A stretch of 63,823 bases of DNA, the filler included, from Octopus bimaculoides (Eukaryota): assembly GCF_001194135.2 (NCBI RefSeq). It is 5 parts of 5 records of this genome, joined end to end, with 100 filler letters (N's around TTAATTAATTAA, not from the genome) between each part and the next. Parts side by side here need not be neighbours in the genome. Positions count along the whole stretch, not along the records: positions 18,545 to 45,099 come from NC_068981.1; 4 more parts are not named here. One strand, 5' to 3'. Positions 27,302 through 40,978 of this stretch are shown here, piece by piece. Positions within the stretch are counted from its first letter, which is position 1, and the number at the start of each line of letters is the position of its first letter. A model generated the notes under the pieces. The model was not told where the DNA came from and did not search any database. It saw only the letters and a list, made by a program, of their open reading frames with translations. The position numbers and the translations under genes are program-made.

Positions 27302-28792
27302 TACATACACATGTAATACTTATATCGTCTTATACGTATGTATTTACACACACTTATATGTAGGTCTGGACGGTGTTGTGTTTCTGTTTCTGGGCGATAA
27401 AAGCATCACGTCATAAACAAAACCATTTGAAAGATACTTGTTCGAACTATACTTTATGACATGGAGCCATACCTACCGTGTATGAAGGCTCGAAGGTTTT
27501 TAGGCATTGTCAATACATTGTAGGTGTCGAACAGACACATAAAGTGCTGTACACGTGACTTTATATGAACCATGTAAACAAATTTACTTCAAAAATCTCC
27601 GGTGTGCCCGATTAACAAAGTTGAAATCGTTTGTATATTATAAATGGTAATTATCTCACAAAAATAAAATTATTTCATACATAGGATTACCTTTCTGAAC
27701 GAATTTAACAAATATTCTCAGTTTGAATCGCATTTCCATGATTTAGAATATGGAAACAAAATTGTAGCATATTTTGATCTGGAAAATATGCGTTTAAAAC
27801 GTTGCCCATCACTGTATATAAACGAGTGTCTTTAGAAAAGCTATCTCTCTAGGGGTCCTGGTGAAGGTGTGAATACATGTGCGTCTATTCTTACGGACAT
27901 TTATTGCATATAAACATAATGGTGTCCACGAAAAAGACAAGCTAGGCTTTTTTTTAAATATGTGTGCTTGACTGATTTTCAGTTCAAACCATATGTATTA
28001 GATATTTTTTTATATTAATATATTTTATATATTATAAACTTCTCTAGGTCAGTTAAGAATTTTTTTTGAGACATTCCGTGTAAAGATATTCTCGATGTAT
28101 TTTACGAGTATTGTAGCCATATGCAATATTTAAAAAAATTCACGTAAATTAAGTAATTAAATATCCATTACGAATGAGAAAAGCTAACAACTACTATTAC
28201 AGCATATCACATTTAAGCATTAAATCATAAAACAAACGGGCAATAGTTGCTTAGGAGAAACCGAAAAGTGTGTGGTGCAATGCATGTGCGCTTATGTATC
28301 TATGAATGTGTGTGTGTGTGTTTACATGTGTGTTTATGTATGTATAGTGCGTATGTAAGCTTGTACATATGTTAGTGTGTGTACCTAGAAAGACCGACGA
28401 CAGACAAAAATGACATGAAAATATGTATGGTGGGAAGAGTGAAGAAAAGGTTTTTCCTCTTGAAATTGTATATAAGTGAGGGTAATGTAGCAAAGCAGTT
28501 AATAAAATGTAAAACCTTAAGACCTATATGTTTAGAATAGGAAAAGGAGGAAAGCAGAATTATGGGATTAAGGCGATAAATGAAGCTGAGCTAAACGAAT
28601 TTGATACGATGGATTTAGTTCTCTTATAGCTATGAGTGAGGGAGGTTGAGAAGCCAGAGATAAAGGGGAGCGCATGAAATTACCTACATAAATTTGACAT
28701 CTGGATACAGGTGTACGATTTGTGTCGTTGGTAATACATACATATGTACGTACGTACACGAGTGTATATGCACGTATGTGCTTGTTTCTATG

Positions 28793-28879
<87 letters not shown>

Positions 28880-29786
28880 ATGTATCCATATAAACGTAGG
28901 GATTGGTATTCTATTTCGTTTATTTATTTGTATTTGTATGTTGTGTGCAAATCTATGTGAGTAATTATCTATAAGTTTGTGTTGTGCCTATGTGTTCAAG
29001 TGAGTGTTTAATCTTTAAAATTTTATTTATAGCACATGTTAAGACTTTATTTATTTTGTCTTTTTCGTTCACGTTTTAATACTTGCTCGGTTGAGAAGTT
29101 GATAGACAATGTCTGTTTTGTCTCAAGGTGAGGATATGTCTAATATATTTAAATGTATTTGCTTTTAGTATGTAAATTCAAGAATTCCAGAGAAGATGAA
29201 CTGCTGAAAGGAAATAGAATTATATTTATTTGGTGTTCTGAATGAAGTTCATACAAAGAAAGATATCTTTTTTATGTCATTGTTCAGTTTTATTTCAAGA
29301 TTTCTGGCCAAAAGAGGAAGAGCAAAGAGCCGGTTTCTAGCCTAGATTCAAGGAGACTTCATTGGAATTACAGCATCAAAACAGGGTATTTTGTATGTAT
29401 GTGTGTACGTATATGTGCAATGCATGTATAAATGTATATATGTATGTGTGTGTGTGGTGTAGTGTGGTGTGGTGTGTGGTGTAGTATGGTGTGTATGTAT
29501 GTGTGTGTGTGGTGTGTTGTGTTGTGGTGTGGTGGTGGTGTGTGTGTGTGAAACTCACTTAAATGCATATATAATTCAGCAAATTTCAGAATACATGGTA
29601 GTTAAACTAGTCTATATTTAATAAGACCCTGCACCAAAGGGCTTTTGCAGTCCAGTATCAATGACATATTAGGGTTACAAAGGGGGATCTGGAACTTCAA
29701 TGACTTTAGGATTTATATTGTACGGATTTCTGTCCACACCTTTTCATGCATGCATATATGTATGTATGTTTGTATGTATGTATGTT

Positions 29787-29818
<32 letters not shown>

Positions 29819-30214
29819 TGTATTTGTGGATGGATGGATGGATCCATCCATGGATAGATAGATAGATGGATAGATGGATGGATGTTTTTCCCTTAAGATT
29901 TATTTGAGTTTTTCTTCAAAGAGTCCGGTCGCTAACAAAGCGACAAAAGTTTTTGTGTTGAGTTTGCATTGTTTGTAAATATGTGGTTGATTTGGTTTGT
30001 TGGTTTCACTGTCGATGGTAACACTTAAATGTGAGCCTTTATTCATCCAAAGAAACTCTTGTGGAGAACCTTTGGAATGACTTACAAATCCTTCCTGCCG
30101 CTAGTAGGAGGAATTTGGAGAATCCGCACCAGTTTCTTTTCCTCTTTCTTCGAAAAAACCTAATATTTCTTGTTATTATATTTTTTTGTAAATTTGTTAG
30201 CTATGGTTATTGTT

Positions 30215-30900
30215 ATAGTGGTTGGCCCGGCACCAAAGTTTGTCCTCGAAAGAAAAAGAGGGTTTTGCGTGTATTAAGAATTATGTTAATTTCTAGTGGG
30301 CTTAAGTTAGATTTCTAGCTAGAAGGAGAGCTTGATTAAGAAGTTTGGGAAATATAGAAAAATAGTAATTATTTATATCGAATTTTAGGAAAGAAGAAGA
30401 GTTTTTGTTGTTTAAGTGATGGAACTATGTTATAGCTTCATCAGTACAGGACCATAAGTTGACGTTCAATTTCTACTTGACAATTGGTATTTTTTTATCC
30501 AGATTATTTTTGCTTATTCTTCGGATTTGGTAGAGCATATGAGGTGTATAGATGGTTTAGTTATGAAGTCCTTTTTATGATCCTTAAGATTGAAGTGTGG
30601 AGATGTAGGGCAGTAGGGGTCTGTGCGATCGTTCACGTGTAATTTGTTCATAAGCTTGCATTGGTTGGTGTTGATATTGTCAAGGGCAGATGTCGGTGCC
30701 AGCTTATAAGACTTGTATAGTTCCTTCTTTATGAATTTGGTGTATTCCTCGATAGTAATAGGACACATAGGATAGTAATAGGATACATATTTCCCGTTTT
30801 ATCTGAAGAGACGTGCAAGTTAAGTGATGATGTAATCCGTTTTATAGTTTGGAAAAGCTGTTTTTGGAAGGTGAATTTATATTTAGAGAATTTAATGTAT
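30215..30900 (-). mobile_element. Penelope-like element reverse transcriptase, N-terminal fragment (decayed)
   Basis: Conceptual translation gives SSDKTGNM, NLKDHKKDFITKPSIHLICSTKSE, FLKFDINNYYFSI and LEINIILNTRKTL, typical of Penelope RT; stops and frameshifts present. Confidence 0.8.
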
Positions 30901-32173
30901 ATCTGCTACGAATTTGACGAGTTGGGAATTGTATATATATATATATATATATGCATGCATACACACACGCACACACATGCATACACACGCATATGATAGT
31001 GCATAACTGCTTATGAAATGGATGCTACTTTAAATTTGAGTACAACCTTGTAACTCAATATGGCCCTATGTTTCTAGCTGAGATTTACGTTTAAGGTACA
31101 TGTTTCTGAATATCTTGACAGTTCCATAATAGAGTTAACGTTTGAGCCTCTACGAAACTTCTAAACTTGCTAGAAATAGCAACAAAATCTCTTTCGTATA
31201 TATAGTCTTACTAAAAATAGAAAGCGCTGATGAAAGTGTGAAGAGGCGTACGCTGGGCCAGAATAGCCCGCCTTCCAAACATTGGAATTAAATGCCAAAT
31301 TTCCTCTCTGTAGGATGGAAGATTTCCTTGTTGCATGATTTCCGCGATCACTGACTTTAGTTATAAATCGTCGAGAGGTAGGTGGGGGTGATAAGAATAC
31401 AAGTGGATAGGAACGTGAACAATGTCATTCCGGGTATATACGTCGCAGTAGAAGTCAATCATCCGATCGAATCAAGGAATTTTTTTTACAAATTACTGAC
31501 CTGTCAGTTTCAACTCTTGAGAGAAGCATTACCGTTTATGGTGATGTGGCGCGAGTTGAAACCGGAATATACAAAGCAGTAACAGATACTCCAAGGCGTA
31601 CCATACGACCCTCTCGCAATTCTGTCAATCAATCGCCCTGGGCTTGTACTTCACTTTTAATCGACCCCGAAAGGATAAGATGTAATGTTGAACTCGGCGT
31701 GGCCTCATCTCAGAGTACACAGTCGGACGGAGAAAAAAGAGAAATATTATATCCAGCAAAATGATGACTATTGGTTAACCCACCTCAGATATGCTGTCTT
31801 AAAATGATGTGTAGTATTCACGACTGGGATGCATTTCATCAAAGGTATCCTCGATCAGACCTAATTTAAAAATATTAAAAAAAAACACCACCAACAACAA
31901 TAGGAAATGAAATATAAATAAAAACAGAAACAACATAAGCACTCCCACCAACAGTATGTACTGCAACTGAGTACAGATACAAATAACTCACATGAGCCAA
32001 TAAGGATTATTTAAAAGGGAGAAAAACCTGCTAGGATTAGTAACCAAATCTCGCTCACTCTTAGGCCATAAACATACATTGGACAATGTAATCGCTGATG
32101 TATAAATGATGGGTTGATCATCGCTAGGAGGTCTTCGGGATGGAAACACGGAGACTAAACAACGATAGTAATG

Positions 32174-32620
32174 ATTATTTCTACGCTAGGCACAAAGCCT
32201 TGAAAATTTTATTGGGGAAGGGTGCTAGTCGATTACATCGATCCCAGTGCATAACTGGTGCTTATTTCTTCGACCCCAAAAGGATGAAAGGCAAAGTCGA
32301 GCTCGGCGGAATTTGAACTCAGAACGTAGCAGCAGACGAAATACCGCTAAGCATTGTTCCCGGCGTTGCTAACGAGTTCGCCGCCTTAACAACAATAGTA
32401 ATCTTTTCTTTTCTATTCTACTCTAGGCAGAAGGCCCGAAATTTGGGGGGAGGGGGGGCAGTCGATTAGATCTACCCCAGTACGCAACTGGTACTTAATT
32501 TATCGAACCTGAAAGGATGAAAGGGAAAGTCGAACCCGGTGGATTTTGAACTCAGAACGTAACAGCAGATGAAATACCGCTAAGCATTTTGCCCGGCATG
32601 CTAACGAGCTCGCCGCCTTA
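32174..32620 (-). mobile_element. Tandem pair of full-length SINE family B
   Basis: Copies at ~32174-32387 and ~32412-32620, each followed on + by aac/aat repeats. Confidence 0.9.
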
Positions 32621-33506
32621 ACAATAATAATAATAATAATATAACAATGAGTCAACGAGGAGGCTTATGTACTCCGTCTGCTAGAGATAGATGCCAAATC
32701 AAGCACAAATTACCCCCACCGTCTTTTCAAAAATATTTGATGTTCATTTCACCTGAGTTAAAGTAAATATGATTTAATGGTTGACTTTGAGCTAAACAAA
32801 ACACAGCGAAATAACTAACACCATCTTCGCCACATTCTCTGTTACTAAAGCAGCTATTACCGTGCTACCACTTCTACCAACATAAACCCGATACCAAGTC
32901 TGGCAATAGTAAAAAAAAAAAGAAAAAAAGAAAACATCGCCGCTGGCATTGCCATCTCCGTCTTCCCCACCGACATTGGCATTATCATTTCAAACTTCAC
33001 TAATACAAAATAAATAAATAAATAAACAGCATAAACAAATCAGTACCAGTCGCACAAACATTAACAAACACACAAACAACTAGGTAACCCTAACCCATAA
33101 CCTCCACCACAACTAAACCGCCACTATCACCCCGACGACTCGGCAAACTCCCTGACAAAGTAACGTTAGATACATCCAACTATTCAGAAATCAATCTCTC
33201 ATGAAGTGTTATTATCGTTAGCTCTCTAATGAGATTGCTGCACAATTTCTCACACCTAACGTATTGGTTTTCTAATGTAAGCAGCATTTAACACCCACCA
33301 CTTTTAAAATTTCTTAACGTCTTTCTGAATTTCAATCTTTATTTCCTTTCTCTTTTGTTTTTCAATTCACTTTTTTTTTTTTTTTTAATATTTTTGTTAT
33401 TTAAAATTCTTTTTCTCTGTATTCATTTGTTTGTTTCGCTTTTGTTTTCATCTTCCACCCTTTTTTTTTTAATCCTGTTTTTATTATATGTACTACAAAA
33501 GCGGCA

Positions 33507-33707
33507 AGCTGGCAGAATCGTTCGCGCGCAGGGAAAATTACTCAGCGGTCCATCTTTACGTTCTGAGTTCAAATTACCTCGAGGTCGTTGCCTTTTATCT
33601 TCTCGGGGTCGAAACAAAATAAGAACTGCTTGAACACTGGGATCGATGTAGTTGATATATTCCCTTCCACAAATTGCTGGTGTTGTGCCAAAAGTTGAAA
33701 TCATTAT
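33507..33707 (+). mobile_element. SINE family B
   Basis: Matches the family B consensus in this window. Confidence 0.8.
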
Positions 33708-34299
33708 TAATACATACATACACACACACATTAGTACATATATACACATATACTTATATATTAGAGTATTACCCGTCACATGATGGATAATATAACCAAC
33801 GTGGGTAATTTGATAAAAGTCAAATTATAATTAATTTGTGCATGCCGTATTTCCTGTTGTATCTCATGGTAGCGAAAGTGTTTTAAATATTGTTGTAGCA
33901 ATTTTAGTGATATATATTCATTTAGAATTCTTACCTGTAAGTTAGCCAGTACCCAAATAATGAAGGAAAAAACAAAAACAGATTACTTGAAAAACATATA
34001 AGGAAAATATTCATGACAAAAAATTAAATATTACATAGCCTTTTTTTGTTATAGTCAAATACTCTCGATCACGTCTTCTTCTTCCGCCACTTTTCCTCAC
34101 CCCCTCGTCCTCTTCACCTCTACATCTTCTTCTTCTTCTTCTTCTTCTTCTTCTTCTTCTTCTTCTTCTGCCTCACTTTTCTCTTTCTGTGTCTCTGTGA
34201 TTCTTTCTCTCCCACTGCACGTATAGTGTTCCTGTATTCATTACCTGCCACAAAGCTGAGTATGTGCACTCATCATAAGAGGGGCACTCATCCTGCCCC

Positions 34300-34930
34300 T
34301 CCTATGTTAACACTTTCTGCATCTATCTCCCTCCTCTCCCTATTCGATATAAAGTGTGACTGGGGGAATCAACCAACAAACAAACCAACAGCAGTTACAT
34401 ATATCCTTTTTGTTGAAGAGCGTAAGCTCGAAACGTAAAAGACTTTCTCACTTTCTCGAGGGTCAAATTAATATACCTGCTTGTTGTTCATACACCTGTC
34501 TTCGTCTTTTGTTTTTCTGTAAATTTCAATTATATATATATATATACGTGCTCATACCTATATGGTTATGTAACCCTACTGCTTCGTTACATCTTCTTAC
34601 CAACTGCTTATCAAGTTTATACCCTATCTTAAACTATCTGCAGTACGTAATTACATTTCTGTCTGTCTGTATGTGCGTATGTGTATGTATGTCATGGAAA
34701 GAAGATTGAGTGTATGTAAAAGTGTAAGCATGTCGCATATATTTGTTGCCCAACTACTACATAACTTTTATCATCTTTACCACCCTCCCTGCTACTACTT
34801 GTCAATTTCACTGTTCTATCGATATTAAAGTCTTATGTCAACTCTCTTTTTGTCTCTGTTATACTACATATGAAGTAATGTGTGATTGGAGAAACCAACC
34901 AACGAACCAACAATTATATCCCCTATTATA
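34300..34930 (+). mobile_element. Penelope-like terminal repeat region (partial tandem copies)
   Basis: Contains the hammerhead-like motif. The block gtgtga.tgg..aa.caaccaac.aa occurs at ~34355 and again at ~34881. The tail cttcgtcttttgtttttctgtaaatttca recurs at ~53090-53120. Confidence 0.5.
34406..34441 (+). ncRNA. Degenerate minimal hammerhead motif in a Penelope-type terminal repeat
   Basis: CTTT-TTGTTGA-A-GAGC-gtaa-GCTC-GAAAC-GTA-AAAG; core C3 and A6 are mutated. Same spacing and similar downstream sequence as the 26428 copy. Confidence 0.55.
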
Positions 34931-37900
34931 TGTGAGCATTAGTCTTTGTGTGTATAAAATAGTAATATAGACTATAGTTGTTAAAATTTGACAAATATGT
35001 AGAGATAAGAAAGAAAAACGTATATAAAGAGGTGCTCGCGTCTGAGATATTGGCGAGAGAAAATTCCTCTCCGTTCAATTTATGAATACTGTTTCGTGTA
35101 AGTTGAGAAATAAAAAGCAAATACCATTAGTAGAATTCCACGAGTCTTAGCAGAGTGCAGCTTCTAGCAAACAACAATACGAACATACTACCTGATTCCA
35201 GAAAATTATCATGAATTCTAGGGACAACATTGCTTTTTATCCCTGTAGGTTTGATCAAAGTAGCTGTCCATTACATCATTCACAATAATCGACTAACAAC
35301 TCGTCCCCATAGTTTGAGGCCTAGTTCCGATGAAGAAAACATCATGTATTGTAGCATAAGGACAGTGGATGGGCGAAAACATAAGAACATCAGAGAAAAG
35401 ATTGTATGCGATATATTTTCAAGCATTTTATGTTCTGAGTTTAAATGCTATAGATGTCAACTTTACCCTTCGTCATTTTGGGAGTCAATAAAATAAATTA
35501 CCAGTGAAGAACAACCGTCTTTTCCCGCCCATCAAATTTTTTCTGCCCAGTGTTTGATAGATATGTATATTTCCTTCAGTATATTTATTTCTCCCGTACC
35601 TAAAAGAACGTTAAGTGCAAATAAGCCGTGACTTACGTTCTTTAATAAACGGCGTTGACTGCTTCCACTATTATTTCAAACACTCTTTGAAAGACAACAC
35701 TTTAATTACTCTGATTTTATTTTTCATAGAGTTCTTTAGCAGATACTGCGTTAGATAGTTCAATGCTGCTTCAGCTATTGCACTTAATTGTAGAAGCGGC
35801 AGCAGAAGAGAACTGTGAAGAAAACAATAACATCAAGAAACGAAAAAATTCTGAAAGAAAAGAGCAGATTCTTTTAATACTTCAACCAATTATCAACCTT
35901 TGTTTTGTTATATGATTTCTTTATTGGTGAAAAGAGAGGCGAAAAAATAAACAAACAGAAGAATAACGCAAAACTCATATCTTGGAGGGTTTTTCTGTAA
36001 TGGCGTTGTTTATAGTTTAATTTTTTATTTTTATTAATTCATTTTTATTGAAGCTTCTTTTATTTTATTTTGTCTTTATTTCGTTTTTTTGTTTGGCTAA
36101 TTAGATTATTGATTGGCAATTACATTACCATAATAATTAAAATCGGGATATGCGCGGGGTTCAATATAACTATTGATTTCAATTTTATATTCAAGTAGGG
36201 GTTGAAGTTTCTCTTTTCTTTGTTTCATCCTGTCTTTCTTTCTCTCTTCGTCTATTGTCTTTTTCTTCCTTCCATTCTTTCCTTCGTTCTGAATAAATAA
36301 GAACTGAAAAAAAAACATACAAAATAGAAAGGAAAGCTATAAACAATGAAATAACTTTAATGACAACAATGAAAAAATAATAATACGAAAATCTAAAATG
36401 TTGATAACGATGTTGATGATGATGAGAATGGGGATGGTGATGAGGATGACAACGACGACAATGTCGACATCAACGACGATTACGACGACGATGACATTGA
36501 TATGATGACGATGAAGATGACGGTGTTGTTATTTCTTTATTAGCCACAAGGTCCAAAACATAATAATTAAAAAACATGTTGTGTAAACGGGGCTGCAAAA
36601 CATAAAGATGTAACGAAGGTGAGGCTATTAAGTAATATATTAAAATAAGTTGAAAACTCAGTCGCAGTAAGACACGGCACCCACATCAGTGACAGACTGA
36701 AAAAGGGTGAGTAAGCCGCCCCTTCGGTCCGTTGACCGGGATGGCACGTTGGACACGTGCTAGCAACTCCTTAGCTTCCTGTGCCAAGGATTTGGTGAAG
36801 ATGTCGGCAGCAGGAGACTCGATAACCGATAAGGCGAAGGAGTCCTAGGCCAACAGCTTGAAGGTTATTGCAGCCAAGCGGAAAATCTGCACCACCAGAC
36901 TGTCCGATGTTGTTTTGTTTAGAGAAGTGTGACTATTGACCAAAATACAGTCAACATCGGCCTGCGACGAATATTCGAAGAATAATGCGCAGTACAGAAA
37001 GCAAATGCGCATCCGTTCACAAACAGATTAGAAACCGCCACCCAAATAGGCTCAGAAGGCGATTCAAGTCTCACCCTACGTTCCGGAACGTTCAGAATCT
37101 TTCTTATTCTGGTCTTTTCTAATTAAATCTTGAGCTGATTCTATTTTAGATGAACTACTATATACCCCTCGTTGCTAGGTCGAGTTCCATTAGTTGCCAA
37201 AATACTGTTTGTTGGTGTTGTTTTCAAGAAATGCCTGTTCTCTTTGGGTGTGATGTACTTATCCTCAGTTATCTCTTCAAGTAACACAGCGTTCTGTTCG
37301 ATCATTTAGTTTCTATATCACATAGCTCTCAAATCCTATTTCAGTTAACCGTGAAGTTAATGCACTCCAGGGACGGCCTCATTTTTTTTATTAGAGATAT
37401 CCAATATCCCACTTGGCATATTTCTTGGCAGATCTCATTCGTTTTGCTTTTTCTTCTTGGTGTTTCTTCTTACTATCTTCGATGGTTTTCCATCTTTCTC
37501 CAGTTGCCATTGCCTCTATCCTTCTGCAAAACAATGAGTTGTAATTGTTGTTCAGACTCGATAGATCTGCACGTGAAGAGGAGATTATCTGAATTCTTCG
37601 TGCCCTAGTTTGCTTGCTCCTTTGGCTAGAGTTTCAAATATTAAAGCGATTTCGTTTGGGACTGTTTTACCTAATGGTTAAGCTTAGGGCTACAACCAAC
37701 GGTGATGTTTAAACAGTGGAGCAGCTATAGTTTCACTTCAGTTGCCTAATGTTGTTGCCAAAAGTGTTGTCTAAAACAACTTCCATTATTTTGTCGTCTT
37801 CTCCATTTGTCTGCGTAGAAAGCAGTTCGAGCCTCTTTTATTTATCATAATATTTATAACTGCGTTTTTGTTTTGTACTAACAGTTATGTGAACCTCATT

Positions 37901-38129
37901 TCAGCTCTCAAAATGGAGTTTAAGTCCGTGGTTCCTCAAGACGTGAAGGCCCGTGCGGTCATTATGCCAGCACATGTTGTTGCTGGTCATCACTAAGACC
38001 TGCTGGTACTGAATGGCTAATGTGACTATGTCAGAAGAGTCGCAGCTAGCACTAATGTTTATGGTTGAGCATGTGTCCCTCCTGTCTAACGGCGTCATCC
38101 AATGAGTAAGGTCTAGTGCATGACCTCTG

Positions 38130-39290
38130 GTATTTTCTCATCTCATCAAATTTTGATCTGCCAAAAACTGAATTGTTTCTATGTTGCAAACATTTCGTTC
38201 TGCTGCTGAGGCACACGAACCGTTTTCATCCCCTTGTATCAGTAAAGCATATGCCTTGGCTCTGACAACACAGATTCCGTCCTTCACGTTAATGCATTCG
38301 TCACGGACCTATCTCGCTGCGAGCCCGTCGGTTGCAGTTTCTTTCTTAAGCGCTTCTTTCTCATTAATCACCCATATCTTATTTTTCTATTGCGATACAA
38401 CCTTACTAAAATTTGTCGATTCTTTCCTATTTGCGCTTTTCTGATCCAAACAAAAAATTCTTATTGAGGATTGCCCCCGCCAATTGGCGCTTAATTGATT
38501 TGCCAAGCAGTTCTTTGTAACCAATACATTCATTCTCCAGTAACTGGGTCATTGCCTTTCGATCTCTACCTACGTTGCTCGCAGATATCACAACAAATCT
38601 GCGGCCAGTGTAGCCAACGACATTAAATGAGGACAATCTATCCCATCTTTGACTACTGGCATGCAGAATATTCTGTGGTTGTGATCTAATGCGATTTAAA
38701 TATATCCGCAGTAGAAAATTGGGAAAATCCAGTTGTTCCCTGACATAGTGCTAGAAACGCCAGAGCAAGTTTGAGATGCTTTTGCATCCCTCCTTATCTT
38801 AGTAGTTAGTGTCAAACAATGCAAACACGAGTCCATATTCGAGATTTTTTCCCCCACTAGAAGGGACGTTCCTAGGAAAAACCTCCAAACGTCTTAAGAA
38901 AACTTGCTGTCATGGCCCTATCGGAGGATAAAGAGCTACTAGTCGTTAGGCATCCCATTCGTTACTGTTCACAGCTAGGACCACTGAATTATCTTCTGCG
39001 TCCAATAAGATATTCTGAATCGTCTAGTGTCTCAAGTTTCACCTGAAACAAAATCTACAACCACATCCCAACAATTCTATACCTTAAATTTCTATCAGCT
39101 TGCTAGCGTCTGCCAAGAGCACATATTTCAGAGCTTTAGTTCTAGTCGTATGCTTGGAATTTTCAATTGGATCATTCTCTGTCCCAAGTAATTCAGTAGC
39201 TATCTGAAATTTTCAATTCTTTGTGGGGCAGTGGATTACTTCTGGGTTCGGGTGGAAAATGTCTTTGGGTGGAAAACATCCCGGACGCTT
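38130..39290 (-). mobile_element. Tx1/L1-clade LINE endonuclease region (decayed)
   Basis: Recognisable peptides QVFLRRLEVF and ICVVRAKAYALL amid many stops and frameshifts; GC is higher than in the flanks. Confidence 0.55.
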
Positions 39291-39994
39291 CAGAGCTTAT
39301 GAGACTTGCCATACACCCCTTTATCAGAGTCCAGCTTGATATGAGGATTCACACTCCGATTTGTGTCTGTTCTTCGATAAACATCTATTAGGCGCAGGCG
39401 TGGTCGTGTGGTAAGAAACATGCTTCCCTTGACTTCCGGTCTTGCATGGAGGGTTGGTTTCTTCTGTGAACAGAGGTGGATGTGGGCCGGCTGCGCTCCG
39501 TCCAAGAAGGAAAAAAACAAAAAGAACATTTGAAAATCCGCACTGAAGGTTGTTGCCACGCTAGTTTGTAGCGTGGCGAATTAAGAAGCTCAGCTGCAAG
39601 GTAGGACTGATTGTGTTTGGGTCCTGTGGGGGCTTGTTGTTTGTTGTATATATTTTTTAGAAGCAGCGAGTCATTGCTGGATCCTATACATTGGTCTGCC
39701 TGCAGTTGAGCAATTGGTTCACTTTTTAGTGAACAATTGTTCTCATTATGAGAACATTTGAAAATCCGCACTGAAGGATAATCATTTAAACATGTTTTTA
39801 TTAAATGTTGTTATTGTTTTGTTGAATAAAATTTATTGAAAACAAACTGCAATAATTATGCACCAACCTAATACATCTCCGTCTGAAGCATTGCATGGCA
39901 AATGGCTGCAATAAAGGATTTCAACTTTAGTACCTCCTCCCACCTTCCTCTCTTGCCGATTGTTGGCAAGGAAGATGTTATCTTGGAATTTTTC

Positions 39995-40221
39995 TACGAG
40001 GGAAAGTCAAAAATTATCCGCGCTTTCGCCATAACATATCTTTATTATAGTCACACTGCCTTCTGCGCATACGTGCTTATAGTTGTAAAGCCAGAAAGAC
40101 AAATGGCGCGGTCAGATGCAAACTTCGATCACCGATATAAAGCACGCGTACGCAGAAGGCAGTGTGATAATAATAAAGATATGTTATGGCGAAAGTGCGG
40201 ATAATTTTTGATATCCCATTA
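39995..40221. mobile_element. Mariner-derived MITE, same family as 5367-6015
   Basis: Begins TAcgagggaaagtcaaaaattatccgc; ~85-bp inverted arms match those of the 5367 element. Confidence 0.85.
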
Positions 40222-40647
40222 CATATTTCGAAAACAACTTTCTTCACATATTTCGCCCTGTAGGAAGAGTGATAGAAGTGATTGATCTGTAACCTATGGC
40301 TCGGTCAACTACGACAGTAAGTAGATTAATAAGAGCAGCAAAACAAACATCTAAATAGCAAAACAGAGAAAACCCCCACGAAGTTTCCAAAATACGTTCG
40401 GCTCGACGGAAAACTACAACAATTATTATTATTTTCAGTTCTGATACAATGCCAGCACTTACAAGGGAAGAGTTGAGCCGATTACAACAATCCAACATTT
40501 GACTGGTTCTCTATTTTATTGACCTCGAGGGGATGAACAGAAAATTTGACCTTAGCGGGATTTGAACTTAGAAAGTAAAGAGCTGGAACAATAGCACAAA
40601 GTATATTTCCAGACCTTTAACGGTTCTGTCCACTCACTGCTTTCATA

Positions 40648-40711
<64 letters not shown>

Positions 40712-40740
40712 CGATGATGATAATGATGATAATGATGATG
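40648..40740. repeat. (GAT)n microsatellite
   Basis: Direct reading; source of the spurious poly-Met ORF. Confidence 0.97.
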
Positions 40741-40851
40741 TTGCTTTCAAGTTTTGGCACAAGGCCAGCAATTTCGGCGCAGATGATATTTCGATTACAT
40801 AGACTCCAGTGCTCAGCTGGTACTTATTTTAAATTAGCATGCACTAGCTTA

Positions 40852-40924
<73 letters not shown>

Positions 40925-40978
40925 ATTATTTACATTATTTACATTTGACGGATATTTGTCCTCATCTCGTTTGTTATT

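Noticed and set aside
35660-35915. Possible exon (acceptors on both strands at 35729 + and 35813 -, open frames of 45-60 codons)
   Set aside because: No recognisable protein motif and no partner exons; cannot be supported without RNA-seq.
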